Shown piece after piece: positions 1 through 12,529 of a stretch of DNA of 64,000 nucleotides. Under the pieces are notes generated by a model. It was not told the origin of the DNA. It was given only the letters and a program-made list of their open reading frames with translations, and made no database searches. Source of the stretch: Octopus sinensis. Taxonomy: Eukaryota. Location of the stretch: positions 65,968,001 through 66,032,000 of the forward strand of contig NC_043008.1 of the NCBI RefSeq assembly GCF_006345805.1. Direction: 5' to 3'. Made by a program: the position numbers and the translations under genes. The stretch's first letter is position 1. Each line of letters starts with the position of its first letter.

Positions 1-148
1 GGGTCAATAATGGAATCCTTGTGAAGTTAGTAATTTATTGGGTCCCGTAATTTAGCTGATTTGATATTAAAGAAGATAAATACGTGATGGGGGTCAATAA
101 TGGAATCCTTGTGAAGTTAGTAATTTATTGGGTCCCGTAATTTAGCTG
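1..148. repeat. 90-bp-period direct repeat, cut by the window edge
   Basis: 58 nt (gggtcaataatgg...atttagctg) are identical at 1-58 and 91-148. Confidence 0.85.
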
Positions 149-720
149 GTCCCGTGCCGTCAAAAATGACGGCTAATTGTAGTATTTTATATATAAATAA
201 GGTACAAAACCAAGTTTTTAGTTCAACAATTCTTTTGTTACCAAATTTTTTGTGAAAAAATATATCCGCAGTTAACTTGACTGCTTGTTTCCTTCAAAGG
301 AATTTTAAAGTTTTCCTTCTTTCTTGTACGATTCAAGGCCACATAAAGTTGGCTGTGACTAAATAAGGGAGCTGGCAAAATACTGAAGATCTACAAACAA
401 ATTGCGTAAGTAAAATTACGTAATCTGTTGATAGTGAAACAATGTTTACGATTAATCTATATCTTTGTAACTTTTCATTTGTCTTGCTTGCTTACGTTTC
501 TGGTGTTTGCTAAGTTTTCTAGAGAACATTTCTTAGTGGTAAGACTATAGCGGATCTACTTCTAGCATTAGGGTGTCCACATAATGGTCATCCCTCTCAT
601 ATGTATGTAATACAATTTACTGAACCTTCAGTTTTTAATATGCTAGACCACTGGTGTTAAATTGATGTTATCAAATTAATATCCAATTTTTCACCCTCAT
701 TTTAATTTATATATATATAT

Positions 721-1120
721 AATATTAACGAGTATAACTCCAAACTTACAGGGAAAGATTCAGTTTAGTATTAAATCAAATTTCACAATATAAATATATC
801 AAATATAAATTAGAGATAAAACTACTATTATACTATTCAAACAATGATAGACATAAACCAAATCATAAATAACAAATAAAATATATTTTTATAAAACATA
901 TAACTAGATCACAAAAAGTATAAAAATGAATAATCAATATATAATAAGTAATAAGTAATACTTATTATATATTGATTATTATATATTATTATTCATTTTT
1001 ATACTTTTTGTGGTCTAGTTACATGTTTTATAAAAATATTTTTTATTTGTTATTTATGATTTGGTTTATGTCTATCATTGTTTGAATTGCATAACAGTGG
1101 TCTTATCTCTAATTTATATT
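721..1120. repeat. AT-rich fold-back element between (TA)n tracts
   Basis: Inverted arms at about 802-950 and 960-1120, with a left-only extension at 721-801. Confidence 0.85.
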
Positions 1121-1129
1121 ATATATATA

Positions 1130-1306
1130 GGCGCAGGAGTAGCTATGTGGTAAGTAGCTTGCTTACCAACCACATGGTTCCGGGTTCAGTCCCACTGCGT
1201 GGCATCTTGGGCAAGTGTCTTCTGCTATAGCCCCGGGCCGACCAATGCCTTGTGAGTGGATTTGGTAGACGGAAACTGAAAGAAGCCTGTCGTATATATG
1301 TATATG

Positions 1307-1349
<43 letters not shown>

Positions 1350-1564
1350 TTGTGTGTCTGTGTTTGTCCCCCTAGCATCGCTTGACAACCGATGCTGGTG
1401 TGTTTCGTCCCGTCACTTAGCGGTTCAGCAAAAGGGACTGATACAATAAGTACTGGGCTTACAAAGAATAAGTCCCGGGGTCGATTTGCTCGACTAAAGG
1501 CGGTGCTCCAGCATGGCAGCAGTCAAATGACTGAAACAAATAAAAGAGTAAAAGAGAGTAAAGA

Positions 1565-1565
<1 letters not shown>
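1130..1565 (+). mobile_element. tRNA-headed SINE group A, full length, with internal (TA)/(TG)n
   Basis: Head ggcgcaggagtagctatgtggtaag...ggttcagtccc with A/B-box-like motifs and an (aaagagt)n tail. Many copies occur in the window. Confidence 0.9.
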
Positions 1566-1601
<36 letters not shown>

Positions 1602-1658
1602 CTGAAAAGAAAATGCAGATCTACGATAGACACGTTTTAATTTATTAACATAATATTA

Positions 1659-1733
<75 letters not shown>

Positions 1734-1743
1734 AATATTATAA

Positions 1744-1820
1744 TCCTACAGTTGTTTCAATTCAGACCCAATAATAAATTTATAAAAATTCATGTCTATA
1801 GATAAGAATCTCATCAGGGA
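1744..1820 (-). ncRNA. Minimal type I hammerhead ribozyme motif (left arm copy)
   Basis: Minus strand reads TCC-CTGATGA-GATTC-42 nt-GAATT-GAAAC-AACT-GTA-GGA. Confidence 0.6.
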
Positions 1821-1949
1821 AATGTTTGTCAAAAATTACATGAGGATTTCTAGATCCTAGAACAGACTGAATTCCTGGATCGGCTGCTGTGTAGAATTCA
1901 GTCTGCTCTAAGATCTAAAAATCCTCATATGTAACTTTTGTCCAATATT

Positions 1950-2026
1950 TCCCTGATGAAATTCTTACCCGTAAACATGAATTTTTATAAATTTATTATT
2001 GGGTCTGAATTGAAACAATTGTAGGA
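1950..2026 (+). ncRNA. Minimal type I hammerhead ribozyme motif (right arm copy)
   Basis: TCC-CTGATGA(1953-1959)-AATTC...GAATT-GAAAC-AATT-GTA-GGA: intact core, perfect 5-bp stem II, palindromic stem III ACAATTGT. Confidence 0.7.
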
Positions 2027-2059
2027 TTATAATATTTATGTTATATTATATTATATTAA

Positions 2060-2496
2060 TAGAAATATTAAAATTACTCAGTCTCTCTAAAGGAGATTAC
2101 GCAGCGTTACTGGATATTAATAGTTATCGCCATAGTAATATGGCAGTCTAAATATAAGACTAAAGCTGTCGCTGATTAGCTCCACGAGGCCATCGCCTCT
2201 AGCTAGCTATATGACACACGAACCTGCGTCCATTACAACCTTCGAACAGGGGAGGTCAGCCGCTTCACCTTGCTAGTCAGACATCTGCATTGATAAAGGG
2301 CAACAACCCTGAAACATGTCTCCAGATGTCTGACTAGCAAGGTGAAGCGGCTGACCTCCCCTGTTCGAAGGTTGTAATGGATGCAGGTTCGTGTGTCATA
2401 TAGCTAGCTAGAGGCGATGGCCTCTTGGAGCTAATCAGTGACAGCTTTAGTCTTATATTTAGACTGCCATATTAGTATGGCGATAACTATTAATAT
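2060..2496. mobile_element. Fold-back element with 176-bp arms and a hammerhead motif as its loop
   Basis: Arms 2114-2289 and 2321-2496 are near identical; left-only extension of about 50 nt; inserted in (TTATA)n. Confidence 0.85.
2282..2328 (+). ncRNA. Minimal hammerhead motif, U3-A8 core variant
   Basis: TTGATAA(2290-2296)-AGGG-caacaa-CCCT-GAAAC-AT-GTC(2318-2320); stem I is the hairpin itself, with one C-C mismatch. Confidence 0.65.
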
Positions 2497-2760
2497 ATAT
2501 TATATTATATTATATTATATTATATTATATTATATTATATCATTATATTATATTATTATTATAATAATATAACATTATGTTAATAAATTAAAATGTGTCA
2601 ATCGTAAATCTCCATTTTATTTTTATTTTTGTATATTGAATATATACCCATTTGCATTGTGTAAAAGTTTTTCTCTGCTATATTGGATATAAAACCGCCA
2701 AACCAATGAAAAACGGGATGTTTCCATCCCTATAGAGAAGACTGTTTTTCTTGTATTGGA

Positions 2761-2797
<37 letters not shown>

Positions 2798-2801
<4 letters not shown>

Positions 2802-3102
2802 AGATAAGGGCAGAAGAAAAATTCTAATGCCAGATATGCCGAAACAAAAAATTGTCGATAACCATTATAATTTATGCGTCTCGAATACGGTAATAACGAA
2901 TTTTTTAGAGATTTCTATCGGTTTGTTTCGAGACGCATAAATTATAATGGTTATCGACAATTTTTTGTTTCGGCATATCTGGCATTAGAATTTTTCTTCT
3001 GCCCTTATCTTGTAAATTATTTATAAATTTTACCTTTAAAGGCATTTTTTGATATGCTGGCCATTGATAAAAATTTTTTCCCGGAAAAAATTTTATCCTA
3101 TA

Positions 3103-3105
<3 letters not shown>
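2798..3105. repeat. Fold-back element with apparently perfect 88-bp arms between (TA)n tracts
   Basis: Arms 2798-2885 and 2927-3014; right-only extension of about 90 nt. Confidence 0.85.
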
Positions 3106-3177
<72 letters not shown>

Positions 3178-3188
3178 GTGTGTGTGTG

Positions 3189-3238
<50 letters not shown>

Positions 3239-3518
3239 ATATACGCGTGTGTGTCCGTCCACTCCACACATACTCACATACACGCACATCTGCAACATTC
3301 GTTAATTTCTTGAGGATGGGGTCATAACCCCGAAATATTGAATGCAAGGCAAATCTGCATTAATTCAAATATTTGTTTTCTTGTGATTTGCCTTAGTTTT
3401 ACTTCGCATTGTTCTGGCCTTACCCACGATCCTTTATACAATACATACATACATCTATATATACATCTATACATACATTTATATCTATATATACATCTAT
3501 ACATACATATATACATAC

Positions 3519-3666
<148 letters not shown>

Positions 3667-4225
3667 AATCTTGTTGCGAATTTTATTGAATTGTTACCTA
3701 CACCGCATGTTGAAATCTCACGCTTCATTGAAATAATGCGAATGCCCCACCTTGAGAAAACACTGCCCTGACTATTTGGGATGTGCTAAACTGGATGTAG
3801 TGTATGTATAGCTATATTGTAGCGCAGAGGAATGATTTTGAAATTGTGTGTAGTGTTGGTACTATAATGGTGTATATTCGTTGATAAGCTTTGTATTATT
3901 GTATTGTTGGTGGTGTTGTTTAGCCAAAAGTCAACCATGAGTAAACAGATCTTTGATCAAAGATGTCTCATCCTTATTTAAGCCGTCTCTTCCCTTTTAA
4001 GTCATCTCTTTGATCTTTCATCAAAGATATCTCATCCTTATTTAAGTAGGGTGTGAGTAGAAGAAACTTTGGCTGCTATACTGAACAGACCATGCTCATG
4101 ATCCTACTGGTGGTTTGTTGAAAATAATGTTCATATTGTGATGGTGTAGCGATGTACCAGCGTGGTTAGTGTGGTAATATGGCAGATTGCTTGTTGGATG
4201 ATTGGTTATAATTGAGTATTTATTA

Positions 4226-4610
4226 TGGAAGCACTCCGTCGGTTACGACGACGAGGGTTCCGGTTGATCCGATCAACGGAACAGCCTGCTCGTGGAATTA
4301 ACGTGCAAGTGGCTGAGCACTCCACAGACACGTGTACCCTTAACGTAGTTCTTGGGGATATTCAGCGTGACACAGAGAGTGACAAGGCCGACCCCTTGAA
4401 ATACAGGTACAACAGAAACAGGAAGTAAGAGTGAGAGAAAGTTATGGTGAAAGAGTTCAGCAGGGATCACCACCATCCCCTGCCGGAGCCTCGTGGAGCT
4501 TTTAGGTGTTTTCGCTCAATAAACACTCACAACGCCCGGTCTGGGAATCGAAACCGCGAACCTATGACCGCGAGTCCGCTGCCCTAACCACTGGACCATT
4601 GCGCCTCCCA
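4226..4610 (-). mobile_element. tRNA-headed SINE group C, full length
   Basis: Head ggaggcgcaatggtccagtggttagggcagc...gtttcgattccc; homologous to 51040-51230; tail shared with group D. Confidence 0.85.
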
Positions 4611-6158
4611 ATTGAGTATTTACACAGTATTTCAATGATGTTGCTCTGTTAGTGGCAATGCCGCTACTTCAGTTACGTTGCTGTTGTTGTTTTTTTTTAT
4701 ATTTGTTTCTGAGAAATTAATTTGTGGAATAAATATAGAGAACACATGACATAGTCATCAGATAGTTATTCCGCTTCATTGGTCTGTAAAACTGTGAGAG
4801 TGAAAATATATGAGACTGAACGTGTCTGTAGAAATTACTACAAGATAAATGTATTTGCCATGAGGAAAAAGAAAATAGTCTGCATTTCGGGTACATGGCC
4901 ATTTATTTATGATTGACATGATGAGAATAGAAAAGAAAAATATTTGCGTTATTATACGGCAGTTACAGCAAAACTGAATGAAGGAAATGAGTACGTAGCT
5001 ATGGGGTTTCTATGTAAGGGAGATGTATGGAGGCCAAGAGATGTCGGGTATCCTCAAAAATTAAGGTTAAGCAGCTGAAGATTTGGTATATGTGTTAGTC
5101 AGTTCGAGTGTGCGTGTATGTGGGTCCATGTAAGTGAGAGGGCCGTGATGAGTGTATGTGCCTCTGTATATGCAAAGAAGGGCTTCAAAGTAAATCAGGA
5201 AAATATATAAATCGATGTCAAAGAGAGAGAATGTACCCATTTGTAGTATAAGCTGTTATTCTCGAAGTAGCATAGTGGAACGGAGGCACCCGAAGACGTA
5301 GCAGTTCGAAAGCGGTAATGCAGTGGTGGAATTAGTCACTGTAGTTAAAATGGTAGGCCTCTAGTTTACGAGGCGCTTTCGGTACTTCGAAGGAAAAGTA
5401 GATCCGCTTTGGAACCAACTGCCAAGTGTCGATCAGTTTTAACAGTAAAACTTTTAGTGGCATATTTAACAGAAAAAAGATAATATAAAGTGAATCTGAC
5501 ATTTTACAAATATCAAAATATACTGTTTTTCTTTTATTTATAGAAATTGCATGTTCTATGCAGAGCAATTCTGTAAACGTTTCAAATAAGCCTCGGAGGA
5601 TTCTAAAAGACGAAAATATAATTTTACAGAAGATTCTCATCAAATGATTTCATAAAAGAAATTAGTTTGTTCCGTTGAGTTTACGAATATAATACAGTAA
5701 CTTACATATTGAAAATTATTATCGAAAATCAAGCTTAATTTTAAAATTGTGTATTAATGAAAATATATACAGATATGCAAACAAAGTTGCGTATGTATTG
5801 AAGCAGTGAAACGAAATTGTGTTTGCATTCAAATGTCAGACAAGTACATTCAATGAGTTATGTCCAGGCGTATATGTACAACAAGTTATTAGTGCACGCA
5901 GTCCAGTGATCAGAGTATTAGGCGCAGAATTATAAGGTTGTATGTTCGATTTCTGGGCCAGCAGTGTGTTGTGTCCTTTAAGCAAGGCACTTTATTTCGT
6001 GTTTTGCCAATATAGTCAGCTAATAATAAGTACCAGTAGCAACTAAGAGTTAACGATGAGACAAACTAGCGCCTCATTCAGAGAGCGGTTTTGCAAGTAA
6101 GGAGTACTCGATGTTTTGCATCTCTATAGAAAGACTGCATTGATAAACCGAGTTGCCT

Positions 6159-6339
6159 TGATGATGATGATGACGACGACGACGACGACGACGACGAAGA
6201 AGAAGAAGAAGAAGAAGAAGAAGAAGAAGAAGAAGAAGAAGAAGAAGAAGAAGAAGAAGAAGAAGAAGAAGAAGAAGAAGAAGAAGAAGAAGAAGAAGAA
6301 GAAGAAGAAGAAGAAGAAGGAGGAGGAGGAGGAGGAGGA
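6159..6339. repeat. Compound trinucleotide microsatellite (GAT)/(GAC)/(GAA)/(GGA)
   Basis: Direct reading. Confidence 0.95.
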
Positions 6340-7417
6340 CTATCACAAATAGTACAAATGATGTGCTGAATTATGTAAACGTAAGAGCTGCCAAAAAAGC
6401 ATTGCATGTTTTCACCTGATTGCGTAGAGAAAGTTTGCTCGCGATATACGGGTACGGATTAGAGAGACAAAAATCCAAGTTTCAAAAGCAGAAAAAAATT
6501 TATCTGGATGAGAATATTCTCATAACTTGTGACGTGGAGTTTGAGGTGCAACGTTTGTCTGTATTGACCTGTAATCGGCTGTTAATATCAAATATCATAC
6601 TGCTGTCTGTTCACAAAGGACTTTGTGAAGTGACTGGTGGTAACGCAACAGCTACAAGGCTGTGATGAGAGATTTCAAAGAGCTGGCTCTAAGAAGAAAT
6701 TTCCTCAATTGTTGAGGACGCTTAGAAGAGTTGAATTGAGTTACTTGCCATAAGAGTTGTAAAGATATATTGCAATCGGAGATAGCTCTTCTATGAGATA
6801 AGACTTGCGGCCAACAAGAATTGTTATCAGTGAAAATTAAGCTTGCTTTTATATTTTATTAAAAACATGTTACCCTTCAGACTTATCGCTTTGATTTCTT
6901 TACTCTAAGTCACCTAAATGCGTTCCTATGAACAGTTAATTTCAGGTTTTGCTTATACATCTATTAACTGCAGACGGTACAAATGATATCTGCACTGCAA
7001 CGAAAGTCGTGATACCACAGGAGTTGTATTTGTTGTTGTTCTTGTTGTTGTGGTGGTCATGAGTTGGTTGGTTGGTTGGTTGGTTGGTTGGTTGGTTGGT
7101 TGGTTGGTTGATTGGTTGGCTGGTTGGCTGGTTGGCTGGCTGGTTGGTCAGTCGGTTGGTTGAATTTTCTTGCAGAGACGAGTCTCTAAAGTGTCCAACT
7201 AATTTGAAGAAATTTAATACTGTAGCAGCTGAAGAAATTCAGAATTACGTGAATAAATAATTATAATGATGATGATTCTAAAACATTATACATCTCAGCT
7301 ATGTACAGCTATTACAGTATTGACATTTGATGCAATATATGCCGTTGCTAGAGGGTCAAATAAAATGGCTGACAACTTGGAAAATAGATTCAGAGCTGTG
7401 CGAAATTGTGAAGTTAT

Positions 7418-7682
7418 AAAAGTATAAAGACAGATGTTATAGCGAGATAAGGAGCAGACGAACAGTCCAGATTGCCAATGGCAAGGGGTGATGGAACGTC
7501 TGATAAGAAGGGAACTTAGGTTATTGTCAAATCGAAAATGCAAAGTTACGAAGTCATAAAAGTAGAAAGATAGATGTTATAATGAGAGAGGGAGCAGACG
7601 AACGTTTCAGATTGTGTATGGCTTGAGGGGATGGAACGTCTGATAAAACGGTGACTTAGGTTATTAACAAATCTAAAATGTA
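7418..7682. repeat. Diverged tandem duplication, period about 140 bp
   Basis: aaaagtataaagacagatgttat...aaatcgaaaatg recurs at 7558 as aaaagtagaaagatagatgttat...aaatctaaaatg. Confidence 0.8.
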
Positions 7683-7794
7683 GTATTGGGGATTCATTGA
7701 AACTGGGAATGGTGACTAGGTTAGCGTGCCAAAAGCGGTCATTCTTGAAGATGGTGTAGCGAATAGTTAAAACAAAATATAGTGATAGTTTATA

Positions 7795-8030
7795 TACTCT
7801 TTACTCTTTACTCTTTTACACTTTTACTTGTTTCAGTCATTTGACTGCGGCCATGCTGGAGCACCGCCTTTAATCGAGCAACTCGATCCCGGGACTTATT
7901 CTTTTGTAAGCCCAGTACTTATTCTATCGGTCTCTTTTGCCGAACCGCTAAGTAACGGGGACATAAACACACCAGCATCGGTTGTCAAGCAATACTAGGG
8001 GGACAAACACAGACACACATACACACACAC

Positions 8031-8079
<49 letters not shown>

Positions 8080-8233
8080 TACGACGGGATTCTTTCAGTT
8101 TCCGTCCACTCACAAGGCTTTGGTCTGTCTCAGGTTATAGTAGAAGACACTTGCCCAAGGTGCCACGCAGTGGAACTGAACCGGAACCATGTGGTTGGTA
8201 AACAAGCTACTTACCACACAGCTACTTACCACA
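7795..8233 (-). mobile_element. SINE group A
   Basis: Reverse complement of the 1130-1565 element. Confidence 0.88.
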
Positions 8234-8429
8234 CAACCAACAATAATATTTATTATTATTATTGTACAAAGCTTCATGAAAAACAGACAGCGTCACGTTA
8301 CAAGAACGTCGCATTTACTGGAGTTGAAATCTTAATGATTAAATTGGTCCACACATTGCTGCAAAAATGGATGGCGTTGATTTCTTTCATCATTTCTGGT
8401 TGATAACTGTGAAGGTAGTTACTCATAAA

Positions 8430-8900
8430 GAGGAATCGCTTGAGATCAGAGTTGGCGTGACTGCGGTGAGGCAAATGAAACTCTCTGAAATATCGCGCCA
8501 AATTCGGTTTCTTATAAAACAGCTGGTACGGGAATGTTCTAAAATTATCATGTATACACTTGACTCTCATTGGTTGAAAATGGAAAACGCATGAACCGCA
8601 CACGATCGAACATCAAAATGAAACTGAAATCAACCGCCATAACGGCATGCTGGAGAGACCAAGTAGCAAGATGGAAGGTGAGGATTAAAGAGAATTAGTT
8701 GGAGAGTGGTTGGTTATGGTGTAGTAGAGTTGTGGTCGACGGGATGGGCTCGGTGACGGATGGCGTTCGAGGTAATTTTTGGTAACTAAATGCACGAAAG
8801 CAGTGAAGATTTTCGACGGAGTAAGCTTTAAAGTCAGACATCGGTTGCGTAATCGACAGAGACGGAAGGATTGTGAGAAGATGATGGATTTAGGCAGGAT
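8430..8900 (-). mobile_element. Highly decayed Penelope-like fragment (tentative)
   Basis: SIIFSQSFRLCRL resembles the post-RT motif SIPYSQFLRLHRL of the element at 59180-60418. Confidence 0.35.
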
Positions 8901-8901
8901 C

Positions 8902-9296
8902 TTTAGCACGCCGGGCGAAATGCTTAGCGGCATTTCGTCTGCCGTTACGTTCTGAGTTCAAATTCCACCGAGGTCGACTTTGCCTTTCATCCTTTCGGGG
9001 TCGATTAAATGAGTACCATTGATCTGATCAATGGAACAGCCTGCTCGTGAAATTGTACTGTCCTTGTTTGTCCTCTCTGTGTTTAGCCCCTTGTAGGTAG
9101 TAAAGAAATAGGTATTGCGTCTGCCGCTACGTTCTGAGTTCAAATTTCGCCGAGGTCGACTTTGCCTTTCATCCTTTCGGGGTCGATTAAATAAGTACCA
9201 GTTACGCACTGGGGTCGATATAATCGACTTAATCCGTTTGCCTCTCCTTGTTTGTCCTCTCTGTGTTTAGCTCCTTGTGGGTAGTAAAGAAATAGG
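8902..9296 (+). mobile_element. Two tandem partial SINE group B copies
   Basis: ttagcacgccgggcgaaatgcttagc...gagttcaaattcc...gtcgactttgcctttcatcctttcggggtcg...gtagtaaagaaata, with the body repeated at 9117-9296. Confidence 0.85.
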
Positions 9297-9687
9297 ATTT
9301 AATGTGATTAGAGAAGTAGAGGAAATCGAGATACGACAACTGGTGAGTTTATAAAAAATAATTAAAAAAACAGATATGAAAAGGTGAGCATTGTCAAAAG
9401 AAGTGGCGATGTCTCAGAAGTTGATGAAGGAATCAGCTAAAAGAAGCAGAGAGAAAGAGTCCAATTGAGTGATTTACAGATGCAACCTACCTGTTGGCTT
9501 TCTGTAGAGTTATTGGTTGACCCGAAGCTATAGAAAATTTTCCCCAAGAGTGGGATCAAATCCTTCAGTGAGATCAAATTCGGAACCATTCTGACATACT
9601 GCACTTACATATATATTGTATCGAAGAACATTGCTTCAGCAATGTGTACGTACTGCATATGTAAATATAGTATGGTATATTTAGTGA

Positions 9688-10006
9688 AGGCACGTGGATT
9701 AATGATTAGAGGTATTCGGCTTACGATCGCAATGTCATAAGTTCGAGACCCGGCAGCGCGTTGTGCCTTTGAGCAAGACACTTTCTTCTACGCTATTCCA
9801 GTCCAGTCACTGGTAAAAATGAGTTGTACCTGTATTCTAAAGGGGCCAACCTTGTCGCATTCTGTGTCACTCTGAATCTCTGTGGGAACTACGTTTAGGG
9901 TGTGTGTGTCTATGGCGTGCTCAGTCACTTGCACGTTAATTTCACGAGCAGGCTGTTCCATTGATCGGATCAATTGAACTCTCGTCGTCGTAACCGACGG
10001 AGTGCT
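9688..10006 (+). mobile_element. tRNA-headed SINE group D with CORE-like middle
   Basis: tRNA-like head, then tgtgcctttgagcaagacactt, then the same tail as group C. Confidence 0.8.
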
Positions 10007-10301
10007 AATTAGTTTTTTTTTATGCTTGGTTGGTAATTCCCATCCTAACTTGGCCTTAATTAAGTAATCCAGTCACTAAAAGTCTTCCAGCCATGACCAT
10101 CTCGTCCTTTCTCTGTTGGAAGAGGGTATCCCGGACTACATGTATCCTTCCTTTTATCTGCCTTCTTTTTTTCTTTTTTATTAAGATGTTAGGTGTGAGG
10201 TATGAGCAAAAGTTGGCTTTTATTTTAGCTGGTCGACTGCTTGAGAGAGGCACACTCATTGGCTAGAAATGTAGAATGATGGTTTGTAGAGCTCCTCTTT
10301 T

Positions 10302-10460
10302 GGAAGTGTAGTATTCTTTTTACGGAAGTGTATTGTTTTAATGAAAGTGTACTGTCGTTTTTATGGAAATGTGGTGCTCTTTCTCTGGAAGTGTATTACT
10401 TTTTGATGGAAGTATGTAATACCTTTGAAGAAGCGTAGTGTGAATTCCAGGGAAGTATAA
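10302..10460. repeat. Diverged minisatellite of about 21 bp (ggaagtgtagtattcttttta-like)
   Basis: About 8 units beginning ggaagtgt / gaaagtgt. Confidence 0.75.
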
Positions 10461-11770
10461 TGTGATGTCTGTAAAAGATTTGGTCGAAATGCAGAACACT
10501 TTGTAATGGAAATTTTTTCTTTCTTATTTTTTTTTTTTTGGTTTGTTTTTTGTTCAGAATAATTGCTTAGTTTGATAGCAGTGTTTTTATGGCTAACGGA
10601 ACAGACCTATAACTTAATGATACCGCATTCTTTCCTTAGAAGAAGACAGCATTGTCACAAGTTAGGCTAAATGGTCTAAGCTGTGGTGATGCTGTCTTTA
10701 GAGAATTAAGCTATGACGATGCTTTAGGGTTGGTGATATGAAGAGCATCGTCGCAATGTGGTCCTAAGTTTAGTCTTAATTCAGTCCTAAGTACCGCCTA
10801 AGACGGTACTTAAAACCACATAGCATAATGCGTTTTTCTGAGGAAGATTCAGCTGTTGTTTTTTACTGCGTGTAAAGTCTCCTTCGTTGGCTTGTGTGGT
10901 ATCATTTTTGTAATGGAAGTGCCTATGATTTTTGATACTTCACGGTATGTTTGTGTGTGTATGCGTGCGTGCGTGCGCGTATACAATCCCGCAAACGCGC
11001 ATATCGTGAGCTCCAGCAAGTTCCCCACCACCATTTCTCGTTAACGGAACTGGTAGTTTATTCAGTTCTCTTTAGATCGACATTATTCTGAACTTAGCGT
11101 GGAATGATGCATTTTATTTCTATTTTTCTCTCATTTCTTTTACTGACCAAATATTCTGATTCGAGAATAAATATCTGATAAATGGAGGATTTGAACCAAC
11201 TAAAATTAATCTTCAGCAAGTTTAAGAATAGAAAATGTAGTTTTGCACGAACAATAGCCACCATAGATGAGTAGAGATATCTAGAATAAGGTTTACTTAC
11301 ACAATAGGATTGATGTACACAATCCAATATTTCCTAACGTATGTCGAGCGAGAGAAAAAGTCGGTAGGTTACCGTTCTTTATCTTCATACATGCAATCTG
11401 ACCGTTTCCCTCCTCTCTACCCACAACGATTCATTTTAGAGTTAGTGAAGATGATAAAAAATGTTGCTGCATTGTATAGCAGAACGAAAGCCTTTACAGA
11501 ATAGTCCAACAATTGTAGTTAATAATATATCAATGAACGAAATAGGTTATCTAATAATAATGACAACGAGAAAACAAAATAGAATAATGTTTTTCTTTCT
11601 TGTATGAAATATAAAATAATAACGTGATTTCAAGATATTTAACGCAATGCGCGCTCACCATTGCTTTATCGTTAAGAATATTTCTTCAGGACTTTGGAAA
11701 AACTGTATTTGACGTTAACATTAACCGGCTTCAGTATAACTATCTTGCAATATGATTTCCATTTACCGTT

Positions 11771-11802
<32 letters not shown>

Positions 11803-11840
11803 TGAGAAGGAAATAGTTTGATAGATAGATATATTTCTCC

Positions 11841-11872
<32 letters not shown>

Positions 11873-11926
11873 GCGAAAATGTAGGCATAGATGTGCATGT
11901 ATGTGTGTGTGTGTGTACGTGTGTGT

Positions 11927-11988
<62 letters not shown>

Positions 11989-12529
11989 GTGTGTGTGTGT
12001 GTGTACATTCATGGAAGCAGCTGTATGCGCTGCTGGTCTTCCACGTTACAGAATCCTAATATTTCATTTTTACCTGTTAATAATCGATTGAACAGGAAAA
12101 TATCTGCCTGAATGAATCTTTTCGTGTTGCATTACCTATCTCACTGGTTTATTAATACTGAAACCATAAACTAGTTTCGAGGCTCGCAACATTCTATAAA
12201 AATTACTTTTGAAATCAACTAACACAAGTCTTTTAATGATTTGTAACGGTTGAACCTATAATTATTATATCACGATTGAAGAATGGTAAAGATAGAAAAT
12301 TTCGACCCAAACACTTAGAACGTTGAACTAATATACCATGTCGAGTTTTGCTGCTTTCTTTTACCTTCTGGGTTCGTATTCAACCAGTTTTAATCGATTC
12401 TATATTTTCCGATGAAAACTAAAGCCAAAAAACTATAACAGTTTCTTAAGAATATATGAACTTTCCAGAGACCTTAAATTAATTCTCTTTTGGAGCACTA
12501 GATCTCGACGCACATAAGGTTGTAAATGA

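Larger units (their letters stand above)
1610..2765. mobile_element. Fold-back element with a hammerhead motif in each arm; hosts a second fold-back element
   Basis: Outer arms at about 1610-1670 and 2560-2618, inner arms at 1731-1874 and 1894-2039, right-only extension to about 2765. Confidence 0.75.

Noticed and set aside
1-148. Repeat-spacer-repeat pattern as a CRISPR array
   Set aside because: Eukaryotic context, only two 58-nt units and no cas genes. It is a tandem repeat cut by the window edge.
6380-6830. Possible LINE 3' remnant on the minus strand (LSHRRAIS)
   Set aside because: Similarity is too short and degenerate to support.
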